Origin: Botryllus schlosseri
Taxonomy: Eukaryota
Reading direction: 5' to 3'
Assembly (NCBI GenBank): GCA_051294905.1
Contig: CM119372.1
Span: forward strand, 19,284,001-19,344,000
DNA length: 60,000 nucleotides
The stretch's first letter is position 1; the number at the start of each line of letters is the position of its first letter. The notes under the pieces were generated by a model, which saw nothing but the letters and a program-made list of their open reading frames with translations, ran no database searches and was not told the origin of the DNA. Both the position numbers and the translations under genes were made by a program. Shown here one piece after another: positions 1 to 12,800 of this stretch.

Positions 1-592
1 TTTAGTGTTCTGGGTGATGCCGAGTATTGTTAAAATTATTTACATCCAGGGTGGCCACCAGCCACACGCCTGATAAAGGTGTCAGTGCCAGCTGACGTGT
101 ATCGACCGTGACCTATGAGATGATAACTATAAATAATACAACGGCTATATGCTTCTATAAGACATTGCCCATTAAGGTAATGACAGATCTTACAACAACG
201 GTAAAACAGGCGACCCTGGATATGATACAGCAATCTACCATGTTGAAACTGTCGATTATCTCATAATTCCTAGAGCGACCGCACCTCAAAATTTGATTTA
301 TGCATAGTGACGTAATTTTTCTTTGATTACGCCAAATTGATTCTGACTTGACTATGTCATTATGACTTAGTTTCGGCTAACCAAATTGGTTATGGCTATG
401 CCCCCAAAGTAGACATAGTAGTTCAATGGTTCCATCACATCAGATGTGCAAGTCTGTATCGTGCAAGCTCGATACGCATGGTCAGACAAAATCTTCAAGT
501 ACCCTGCCAAAAATATTGTAATCACTCCCACAATCGCAGTAATGCCACAGGCAGATGGCATAATATAGATTTGGCGGGCGGGATAAACTTAC

Positions 593-3500
593 CGCGCACT
601 CATCGCGAATCGTTCTGTATCTCGTGATCACTTCGCCTCCGTAGCCCATCAGTTTCAGGGCTCTTTCGGTGGAGTCGTCAGCCAAGCTGTTGACGGCGAT
701 CATGTTCTGACACCAGAAGGTGACGTTCTGCCTTGCAGTGGAACTGAGCAGTCGCAAGAAAGTTAGCTGGCTGTCGTAATTGGCACCCGCGATCCTGCTT
801 TCTGGAGCTGGGTCGTAGCTCATGCGATTCATGCTGTGAAAACGTTCATGTCACAACTTAAGGATTAAATATCGTTAGGGCTTTGAGCGATTCGATTTTG
901 AATCAAGTATCAGTTTGGATGTTGTTGAAACATGTTTCTTTTATGCGACCACACAAAGAAGATAATGTCAGCTCTACAACGCATTAAAGATGATTTGGTA
1001 TTTTTTCAACCATACCTTTGTCATTTGAACAAACTCTCGGATGTACAGAACTTCAATATAAAATTTTATGATATATTCGCATTGAAATAAACTCGAGTAT
1101 ATTCGGCTGACACTCGTCAGGGTAATGATCAGCAACTAGTAGAGAATTGAAAAGAACTTTCAACTATCAACAGTTGTATCACCAAATATGATGTCACTTT
1201 TTGACACCGCTGTGAGTTGACCACGGCTTCAAAGAAATGTCATTTCCATTGACGTGTGTGGCTTTGTCTTACACATTTCGGATGGTGTGCTGCGACCGAG
1301 CGAGGTTTCGAGGCCACAAGTATGGAAAAATAGTGTCGAAACTAAAATTCTTGTTGATAATATAACTCTTGGAGCAGTGATTCTCAACCGGTGTTCTATG
1401 GAACACTAGGGGTTCCCCGAGTCAGTGTCAAAGGTTCTGTGGAGATCAAGACACACTCAACTCATAGATATGATCTATGATGCAATAGCTCCGAGTCACA
1501 AATCAATCTAACTTTTATAGTTTCGACTTTTAGTCAAGTCGAGTCATTTTCAATTCACCACCGAGTCAAGTCCGAGTCCAAGAAAGCAAGCAGACGGTCG
1601 AGTCCGAGTCATGGTAATATGGCTTGAGTCCGAGTCCAAGTCATTGTTTTGACTGTTCAGTTTCCAATTAAAGTCTTGTTAAATCCCATTTTTGTAACTC
1701 TGTTTGGTGATATCATTCGTTTCGCATTTATAGTATAGCCTACTAAATTTCCTTACTTTTAGCAGTTTCTGGATGCATTTTCAAGTACCAGTACTAATAG
1801 ACGGCATACCAATAGTGTAGTTAATGTAGGCCTACTATTCTTCGAAAATACAATGAAATATCGGTTTCGGCCGTCTCAGCCACATGACTTGGTCGAGTCA
1901 ATACACAGATTGACTCGAGTCATTTCCGTATTTTGAGAAAATGACTCGATTCAAGTCGAGTTATCAAAAAGTCTCGAGTCGAGTCATGGCTCAAGTTATA
2001 ACAGCCCTGATGAGTTCATTTGTACCGTAATCAAGCAATTGACATCACACTCTTGCGTTTCAAGCAAACAATATGGTGACATTTTCAAAGCCTCGCATTT
2101 CTCAACTGGTATCTGAAATGGGAAGCAGAAGTAAAACTGATTTGCAATGAATACTAATTTTCATGTTATAGTTTTGTTCTTAGCTAGTCTGTAGACGCAC
2201 AGTTCATTTTGTCCACCAGTACTTTATAGTAGTGTATTAGGTGTGTATAGTGGTATTGATTTTTGTTTTTATGACTCAACAAAAACTTGGGGTTCCACAA
2301 AGGCTTGCAGATTAGCGTAGGAGGAAAGGGCAGTATAGCTTCAATACTCAAAATGAATTATCTATTACCACTCGATTCGTTACAAATTAATACCCGAATC
2401 ATTGTGCCCAGCCCTATATATATCGTGTTTTTGGCTCTTTACCTCAAGTCGCTCATGAAAACGTGCTTGTTGACTGTCCTGCCGTATTCAGTGTAACCGT
2501 GGGTGGCGTTGTTGATGAACGGATTGTTCGGGTACACGCAGGTCTCTTTCGTGTCGAAATTGCAGTACACCTCGATCGCGTCCGCTGGGCAGCCGCCGTT
2601 AGGATCAACCCATTTCACTCCTAAAACGATGAAATCAGAGGTGGTCAGTAAAGAGGTACTACTTCTACTGCTGTGGTTCTCAAACTGTGGTATGCATACC
2701 ACTAGTGGTACGTGAGAGCTCGGAGTAATGCCATACCTCAGTTTGGCGATCTTCTGGAGAAGAAACGGTTGGAATTACCTCATTAAATGGTGTTTTCTTA
2801 CTATCCATTGGTGTTGCGGTATGGTACTAACAATAGTAACCGATAAACACTGGTACATTAACGTAACATAAGTAATTCAGGTGGTACGCCGGTAGTGAGA
2901 AACAAGTTAGTTGTGTGCCGTGTGGTAAAAACAAACTAGTGGTACGCAGTGGGGAAAAGTTTGAGAAACACTGTTCTACCGTTTCGAAGTAGGTTTTGCC
3001 TACTTGCACTACTTCTTTGAGTGGTTAAGATTTTAGACTACTTCCACTTCTACTTGAACAGTATTTCGGCAAAACTAATTGCTTTTACACTTTGGATTTT
3101 GAAGTAAAAAGTAGTTTCAGGATAAGTTTGCATCACTTTTGGGTGAAATTGTCATAAGAGCCACATGATGTAGCCCCTGGTCCATGGTGACTTAATGTAT
3201 TTTTGAAGATCCTACCTATTTGTAGTGTCGCAGTCATTTTGCTCAACTGGCGAAGATGCATCGTGCAATTTCGAAAGCAGCCACTTCCGTTTAGCTTATA
3301 AAAGTATGCGACCCCTCGCCCAAATTTTCCTTTCGAAGCTACTTACTTGAGTACTTTTCAAGCCTTTCATTTTCTACTTCTACTTGAAGTGAAATTGCTA
3401 CTTCTACTTGTAATAAAGTAGAAATTTATGTGCTCACTTATGTGAAAACTGAGATTTGCTACTGTAAATGTGAAGTTACCGTTCTTGATGGAGACATCTA

Positions 3501-3827
3501 GCTGTTGCGCAGTGAGGTAGAGGTCGTGGCAGCTTCGGCTAGGCGATTTTTTATCTTCGCCAAGGGGCGATTTCATCACATCAATCGTATTGCTGATATC
3601 TTTCAATGCCAGCATTACCTGATAGAAGTCGGTAATGGTCAATGATTGCGTGTGATCTTTACATTACTCGAGGGTAAAGTGAAAAAATATTAAAACAAAT
3701 AGATATCGTTAGCATGTATCACCTCATTGTCGCGACTGACAGTAGCGCCATCGATACCCTCATCTTGGTAATATCTGCTTGGTCCCTTCTCTGATGATAG
3801 TCCTGAGACTGTGACAACCTTGGTTTC
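593..3827 (-). CDS. Collagen C-telopeptide and COLFI C-propeptide exons (3723-3827, 3480-3618, 2443-2620, 593-833)
   Basis: EKGP and RYYQD telopeptide/cleavage-like motifs; [60 protein letters not shown] are typical COLFI motifs. Confidence 0.95.
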
Positions 3828-6800
3828 CTATGATGCAGAAACAAACCTTACAAACAGTTGTAAAAGCCGACAAATGAATGTACTTACACCAGGAGGACCT
3901 GGGGCACCACGGGGTCCGGGCGGGCCTTGGGGACCCTGAAATAGTTCAAGTAGCACGTGTGTTCAACTGAACATTCTGGTCATTACAAAGTCGACATACC
4001 TGCATACCATCATCACCACGACCACCACGGCTACCAGAAGGTCCCATAGGACCAGGGGAACCAGGTTGACCATCACTGCCAGCAGGTCCACGAGGCCCGG
4101 TTTTACCCTATATCGATATTATATGGTTTTGAAATGAACAAGCAACGGTATCTTGTACAATATTACCGTTGGGCCTTGAGGACCAGCTTGTCCGTTGAGA
4201 CCAGGATCTCCAGTCTTACCCTGTAGCAAGGTATAAATAACATTTAGCAACACCGTAAAACATGTATCACTCATCTCTTTTGAGTACCTGAATGCCTGGA
4301 ATGCCTTGGATTCCGGGGAATCCACGATGTCCCTTCGGGCCCTGTAACAGGAATTATGCATTCATTAAATTACAAATTGGTATCAGTGTGATACACCCTA
4401 GCGCTACATGCCAAACTGGCATTAGTCAGTGTCTTGAAAAACTTGCATTGCCACATGCATTCCAGCATAATTTTCCACTTCTGACTTAGCAGCATTCTTT
4501 GACTACCGTACTTTAACAACCGCATCTAAATAGCTGGTTCGTGGTACAACAGAACTTCAGTATTGCTTTCATCACAATATCAATTGCAAGAATACATTTA
4601 ATAAAACTCAAACACTTTTCGGCTGCCATTTATCGTGAGTGATCGGCACACTAAAGGTATTCAAACAGAATAAAAAGTAAAACCATTATGGCACAGTATG
4701 ACTAAGAATCAGAATTACAGAAATATCCCTCTAAATTTCCCAAGCACAATCTGACCTATGGATCTCACCTACCGACACAGCCCATATTCATTTTCATTGC
4801 ATGCTATCTATTATTAATTTTTATCCAGTGTGCCTCTTATTTATCGAGTCTAGACCAAGTTGGGTGTCTGAATAATAGATCACTCCAAGTCGTAACGACA
4901 CCCTCCTTTCTTTTCATTCTATTGTAGTCTTATGGTGTTTTGATTTGATGAAAATTTCAATACAATGACTAACTGACCTCGAGATTTACATTGTAACAAT
5001 GGCAACAGAAAGTATCCAGTATACTCTAATCATACTTATTGTGTGAATTCAGATTTTGAACTATGCAAGAATATGATCGGAAAATGCCGAATAACAGCAC
5101 ACGTTGATCGGTGTCACTTACTTGTTCGCCTTGATCTCCTGAGCTACCCTTATCTCCGCGTACGCCTTGAGGGCCCTGTCAATACCCACAAAGTTGGTTT
5201 AAAGAAATATCAGAGGTGCAAACTTTGCCACGCGCTTACCGTATTTCCACGGCCACCCTGCGGGCCAGGTGTCCCTTGCACGCCGCTTGGGCCCTAAATT
5301 ACAACTCTGGAAAATAATCACTGCTAAAATATATTATGATATCTGGGCACTTACGGGCTCGCCACGGGGTCCCTGCTTGCCTTCTGGTCCAGAAGCACCA
5401 ATCGGGCCGGGAGCACCGATGTTACCTTCTTGACCCCGTGGACCGGGTGGTCCGCCGTCGCCCTGTAAATATTTCGATTAATAACCTGCGTACTGCGGTT
5501 AATATAAGAATTCGCACTTACTTTGGATCCGGGTGAGCCGTCGCGTCCTGTCAGTCCCTGCGGTCCGGTTGGACCCTGAACAAAGCGGAATAGCGTCAAG
5601 CTCGATCGTAATAATGGGTTTTTGTCAAATGAGTTTATATCATTTCATTTGTGACCAGAAGTCTTTACTAACTACATACGACATGCAGCAAGAGTTCAAA
5701 GAAGTTATTGACAATATTGACCGACTACAGAAGTCTGATTCACTTCAACAGCTACTGTTTATAAATTCATTGAATACTGTTTTTGGTCTCTATGCTCTAA
5801 TCTCAATGTTTACAATAAATACGATTTATTCCTTGTATAGGTGGATAAATATGTGTTTACTGTATATATTCTGTAATCAGGCCCGCCAAGTACTTCATTT
5901 TCATAATATACGGCCCGTTGACCGGAGAAGTTGCCCGCCCCTGCTGTATTCCAATAAGCAAATATATTTTCGAAAATTGCCCCTGTTTGTAGGGTCATCA
6001 CTATCAGTAATTTTACGTTAGTCGCAAAGGTGAGCCCTCAAAAGTAACCGCCTCTGATTAAATTCTAAAAGTATGTGATCCCTCGATCAAATCTACTTCT
6101 TGAAATACTTGCTTGGGGACTTTACGAACCTTCATTTATTACTTCCATTTGAAGTAGTTTCAACGAGTTTTGGAAACCTCTGCTTCTATATATAATAGAG
6201 TAGAAATTGAATGGGTCACTTTTACTTGAACATCAACCCTGACCACTTTGACCACCACCACTCATGACATCGCAGCCCCATGTTCGATCTGCAGTGCCAT
6301 ATCAAATTTAGACTTACCTCGTTACCGATGTCACCAGGCGGTCCCATAGGACCTGGCGCTCCAAGTTGTCCGGGCGGTCCTCTGTCACCGGCAGGGCCGA
6401 TAAGACCTTGCTTTCCAGGGTCGCCAGGTGCGCCAGGCTCGCCACGTTGACCGACAGCCCCTTGTGATCCAGGTAGACCAGCAACGCCAGGTCCACCTGG
6501 TTTACCGATAATACCAGATGGTCCGGCTGTTCCCTAAATTTCGAATGAAATGATAAAATCATGAATTTTGGTAAGGTGTTTGAAATACGGTACCGGTGCT
6601 CCTGGTTCTCCAGAAGGTCCAGGGGGTCCTTGAAGTCCGGTGGCGCCTTGATCACCTGAACCACACAAACACTTAAACTGACATTCGTTCATGTAGCCAC
6701 TTCAGGCAAAGAGTTGATGGATTCCTGGTCGACACGGGCCGTCAAAGGTGTGACCATGACCATTGGTCACTGGTCAGTAAGGACATCACATATTTATACG

Positions 6801-9800
6801 TTTTCTGGGCAGTAAAGAGGGTTTTAGAGGACAAAACTACTTGCTTTTTAAAATTTGGATTTTGTAAATTAGGAAGTGGTTTTGGGAGATACTCGCATCA
6901 CTTTTACAGGCGGAATTGTCATGACAACGGGGCAAAAGAGCCCTGCATCACGTTACCGTTAATGAATATATTTTCGAAAATTGCACCATTTGTAGTGTCA
7001 TTGGTTATTATGCAGTAGTCATGAAAATGCACCCTGCAATTTCGAAAGTGACAATCTCTGCTCAACTGCTGAAAGCATGCAACCCATCGGCCGAATCTTC
7101 TTTCGAAAACCACTACCCTGAGTAGTTTTCAGAACATAATTTTCTACTAACTACTAAATATATTTGAAATTGCTACTTCTGCTAATTGAGAAAAAAATTG
7201 ACGTCATTACTTGTCCTTCTACTTGGGTAGGCTACTTTGACCACCTCTGCCATTGATGTCATTTGATGGATGGGTGGTACTCTACCCCAAAATTGCCAGC
7301 GACTCGGATTGCCGATTGAAATTTCAGCGTTGTGATATCAATGTTCGAGACAGCAGTATCAAAAGACAAAACATATACTTTATGGTGATCTTGGTTTGCG
7401 GAGTGTGTCTGTGGTTGCAATGCTACATCCATATTCTCAACTATGCATGGATGGTCATAAGTTAATATATACCTGGGGCTCCTGGCTGTCCTGGTTTTCC
7501 ATCCTGGCCTCGTGCACCTCTGGGTCCTGACTTTCCGACTGCGCCCTCTACACCTTGCTGACCAGATGCGCCAGGTGGACCAGAAGATCCTGGTCGTCCA
7601 GTGGCTCCCACAAATCCTCTAGGTCCCTGGAACGCAATACATTTGATGTCAATACAGGGGCATGCTTGGTAGGCCTATATAAGAAACACTTACTGGCGGA
7701 CCGCTTGTCCCACGGCCTCCTTTCGGTCCAGTAACACCAGCTTCGCCCTATATATACACAATACAGTTAGTCTTTATCGAATAAATTCGCATTGCAAATT
7801 AGAGCCCAGTCGATATCGTATTTGTCGACACCAATAAACCAAATATCTAGTAACTTCACTGATAACCCCAATAAGTTCAGTCAATATTCAAAAGAGATGG
7901 CATCTAGCTCAAGGCACATTTCTAAAGCTTCAGAGCATACATCACAGGCACAGCCATTGCTATGCTAGGACATAAAATATACTAGAAAGGCTGCACCCGG
8001 ACACCTGTAAGCCATACGCAACATATCAGGTTTCCCAGTAGAGAAGTCACAGATTATAGTTCTATGACTCCTACCACGATGTTGAGATGGTACGAAAATT
8101 TCCTGCTCTAATAGTCGATACCGATATTAATTTCAAAGTGTGACATCGACTCGATATTATCAGTGAACCGACCATCAGTCGGGTTCGATTGGAAATCATA
8201 CACACCTGAGGCCCGGGTCCGCCGGACGGACCTTGCTGACCAGGAGAACCTTCATTACCCTTTTGTCCTCTTGCGCCCAAGTCACCTTTCTTTCCAGATT
8301 GACCGACGGGTCCCGCAGTTCCGGGGTATCCTCGCTGTCCAGGTGGACCGGGATCACCTCTATCGCCTATCTTTCCTGTTGGACCTGGCTGGCCTTGCAG
8401 ACCCTGTGGACCAGCATCGCCCTTTTTGCCTTCGGAACCAATACGGCCTGGAGGTCCTGGTACTCCGTTTAAACCTCTTAGGCCCTCTGGACCAGGCTCT
8501 CCTTGACTTCCTGGTTCTCCCAAATCTCCCCGGTCACCTTTCGGACCCTCTAGACCTGTCGGTCCTCTATTTCCGATTGGACCTTGCGCTCCCGGGGCAC
8601 CCCGTTGGCCTTCCTTTCCGGCATCACCTTGAGCACCCTGGAATATTGTCTCGTTGAATCCCATAAGAAATGGAGTATATTAAAAGGAGCACTGCGCTGC
8701 ACATATGATACGGTCTCCAATTAAAGTTAGGGGTGCAGCAATTTTCGTCAGAAAGCCAGCCTATTCGGACTGCAGCTAAAAGATTTCCATAAAACGTACC
8801 ATTCCAATCTAGTTATCTATGTGGTTTCGAAATCACGCGTTTCATAACCCTTTGTCAAATTTCTGGCACGCATTTATTTGCTGTTGCACTTTGTCGCTGC
8901 AATCGAAGCAGAGAAGGAATTGTAGATAGTTGTCAGCTGGTACTGTGAAGAAACTGTCTTACGAATGACAGAAGAAACTGTCTTACGAATGACAGAGGTT
9001 TACTTACGGTAAATAGGCGTACGGTACCGGCGCTCAACGCTCATCCCGGTATATTTGTGTGTGAAATTTGTTACCGGTACACACCCTTTTTCAGTTGCCG
9101 TTGGTACATCTTACTGTACGCCTACTAACCGTAACGAAACCATCATGGTTCGTAAAACAACTATCTAAAACTTCCCTGTTTTGATCGAGTCCAGAAAATG
9201 TGACAGTGAAGAAATCGGAGCCAAAAATTCCGCAAATGGTTTAGAAATGATGACACGTTACCTTGATACCACACAGATTGTGATGAAGTGCAATGGTACC
9301 TTTTGTGAATAGCCTTTAGCTGCAGTTCAAATACGGGGACTTTCTGAGGAAAATGGCTATTGCTAAAATGTTTTTACACTCTCGACTTCAATTTGAGACC
9401 GCATCGTATCTAGAGCACGGCGCCCATTTAAAACACAAACCTTAGCTCCGTCTTTTCCCACAATGCCCTCAGGGCCACGAACTCCAGGGTTACCATCAGC
9501 CCCGCCGGGACCTCTTTCGCCTGGATATCCGCGTTCGCCTCTCTCTCCAGAAGGACCATTGGGACCGACCTCTCCTTGGACTCCCTGAAAATTTGTTTCA
9601 CGCGATATTGACTCCACAGAAAGTCTTTGACCGTGCCTACCGGTTCTCCGGGTGATCCCGGCTCCCCTGTCAGACCCTGCACACCCTGCAATCCCTGGAA
9701 TCCCTGTTCACCTTGCCGGCCCTGCTCGCCACGTTCTCCTGGCTCGCCCTGCAAAATGTGCATCGTTTCATAAATCACTCATAAAATTGAATATATTTTT

Positions 9801-12800
9801 ATTAAATATTTTCGGCTGACACCTCACGGTAATCGTCAGCAACTAGGAGAGAATTGTAAAGAATATTATATATCAACAATTGCATCGACAAATGGCGTCA
9901 GTGGCAGGACAATTCGAATAGGCAAGGCTGTGATCGAGACTGTAATCCAGGGGTTCTCAAACTTTTTCGAGAGCCGATGCCACAATTTAGGGGCGACTGT
10001 GGACCTCCTATTGTGACCTAGTCTGAGAAAAAATTGTGAACTGCATATCCAGTATTGTCATCAACGTAGAACAAATATAAAGGGCAGTCAAAAATTCTGC
10101 GTAGCCTAATCACGAAATTTGGTAAGCTAATGACAAAAAATCACATCCTCATTCCCATGGTCTATTTCAGAGTTTCTCAAACTTTTTCCCATCGCGTACC
10201 AGAGTTGGATCAATTACAATTACAATTACTCCCTTGCATGTTTCAATTACATTACAATTACAATTACTCAATGCTAAAAATATCAAATTACAATTACAAT
10301 TACAATTACTGTTAAACATGTTTAATTACAATTACTGGTAAACATGCAATTGATTCGGTAGAGAGGAGTTCTTTGACAACCGTAGCGACGTAATTAGCAA
10401 CAATCTCAAGCTATTCATGTTTCATTCATGATACGTAGAATACTCTTCAATTAAAAAAAAACTCCAACGTATTCGAACTATTCCTTATCATGAGTACTGA
10501 AAACTACAAACACAGAAAAATGTTTCAAGCCACTGTTAACAACCAAAAGATTGAGCGACTAACAGCGAATAGGCTACGGGACAGTCAATGAAATGTAATC
10601 AAACGATTAGGCTACTCAGAGCTGAGTGAGGATAATGAAATGTAATTGGTAAGGCATCAGCAAAAGGATGATACCGATACGATGTGTAAAATTAAAGTAA
10701 ATGCAAAAGGAAAGAGCCTCCTGATAACAACGAATTAGGCCTACAACATTTTGGTTCGCATTTACATTTTCACTTGCTTGGAAACTATCAGATTGCATCT
10801 GATGAACATTAGGGTGCGTAAATTTCTAGCCCCAGTAAATTAGGCCAAGATTGTAGGTAAGATTGGGATAACATCTCAACAAATGCGTGATCAAGTTTGA
10901 TGAAGCCTTGGTTGGGAACTTGAATTCCTTTTTGCAATTGCTGCAGCAAGCCTTGGTACTGGTCAGAGATTTGAAAATAAAACTCTGACCGTGGTGAAGG
11001 AAATGGTTCAGCACAGGTTTCAGAAGAGTTTATTTGCTGTTCATCCATTTTTGAAATATTAAGATTTAGTTTAGCCCACTGGTTCTCTAACTTTTTTAGA
11101 CACGCCCCCCTTTATGACAGTGAAATATTTCGTGCCCCCCTTATCGTCATATCACACAATGAAACCAGAACGTTAGCAATCCTTACAGATAGTTTGATGG
11201 TATGGAAGGTTGATGAGAGAATTCTCCAATATGAAACTCGGACTATACACAGAGCAATAACTATGAAATGGAGGTGAATAGCGCCAAGCGCGGAAAAAAT
11301 TTCAGTTTACCGGAGCTTCGCGCCCCCCTTCAGAAGCTTTCACGCCGCCCAAGGGGGGCACGTACCCAGTTTGAGAACCACTGGTTTAGCCCATATTGTA
11401 ATTCAAAAAGTTTTCTGTTGCTACTGAAGTATGGGAAACAGTTTAGCATGGCTGAATTATCTAGTTATAACGCGGCACACATAGAACACCGATGTAAATA
11501 GGCTAATTATTACTGGTGGCGACTGTGTACTAAGGCCTTGGCTTTGCGGCCCCTCGTCGTCATCCTGGTCCGTACCGGCTTTTCACTGGTGTGACGAATA
11601 AATGATTGATTGATTGATTATTTTATGTTGTGATTGTCAGATTTCCATAACAATGCAATTGAAATTGTAATTGATTGAAATTTTCCATCAAATTACAATT
11701 ACAATAAATAGAAATGCTTCAATTACAATTACAATTACATGAAAAAATGTAATAAATTACATTCAGCTCAATTACAAATTACAATTGATCCAACTCTCTT
11801 GCGTACCCACTAATTTGTTTTTTACCACACGGTGTATCACCTGAACTACTTACGCTGCTTGAATGTGCCGGTGTTTATTGGTTATTCCTGTTAGTACCAT
11901 ACCGCAACACCAATGGATAGCAAGAAAACACCATTTATTGAGATAATTGCAACTGTTTCCTATGCAGAAGCTCGCCAATATGAGGTATGGCATTACTGAG
12001 AGCACTCTTTGCATACCACCTAAAAAGCTCTTGCATACTACTATTGGTACACATACCACAGTTTGAGAATCGCTGGCCTATTTGATGTCTGAAAATATAC
12101 CTAAAAATGGTCATCAATTTTGCTCAGACCTGATCATGACCTCATAATAAAATTATTAGTGATCTTATAAATAGTGTGGCTATTGTGAACTGTGGTGATG
12201 ATTACTGAAAATAGAAGGAACATAACAACATATTTTTATGGTTTATAGTTTCAACTGCGCCCTTTCATGGACCCCTGAAATTTAATCTGCGGTCCGAGTT
12301 TAGGAAGCCCTGCTGTAGTCCCATCAAGATTATTTTGTACTTACAGGCGGTCCTATTTGTCCTTGCGGACCAATTTCACCGTCCTTGCCGGGTTGTCCAC
12401 GGCTGCCTGGCGGACCTTCTAAACCCTTTTCTCCAGATTTGCCTTCATCACCCTTTGAAAACAGAGATTTTATACCCCCAATATTGGCGCGAGGATCATT
12501 TTGTGGTTACCGCTGCGCCTTTAGCTCCAGTGAATCCTATTTGTCCAGGAGCACCACGCGCACCCATAGGACCAGTAGCGCCCGGTCGTCCATCTAAACC
12601 AGTGGGTCCCTGAACACGGAATAATGTAAAAAACGCCAAATTTAAAAAATTGAAACTGTTTCATATTACCGGCGGTCCTTGCTTGCCTTGTTTACCTTCT
12701 GTTCCTTGTCTTCCTGTTAGACCCTAGGATAAAAGCAGTTTATGGTATTCACAGGTTGGCATCATAGTATTCTGAGGCCTGACATTTGAGCATGCGAGAC

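Larger units (their letters stand above)
10168..12075. mobile_element. hAT MITE, nest level 2
   Basis: Ends cagagtttctcaaac / gtttgagaatcgctg; TSD gtctattt/gcctattt. Confidence 0.78.
9948..12312. mobile_element. hAT MITE, outer member of a four-level nest in a collagen intron
   Basis: Ends caggggttctcaaac / gtttaggaagccctg; TSD ctgtaatc/ctgtagtc. Confidence 0.75.

Noticed and set aside
1..592. Final COLFI exon of the collagen gene
   Set aside because: No W-x-KT / LPI-x-D / GPVCF-like motifs found on the minus strand; the exon must lie left of the window.
8163..8657. 164-aa + strand ORF
   Set aside because: Antisense shadow of the 432-bp collagen exon.
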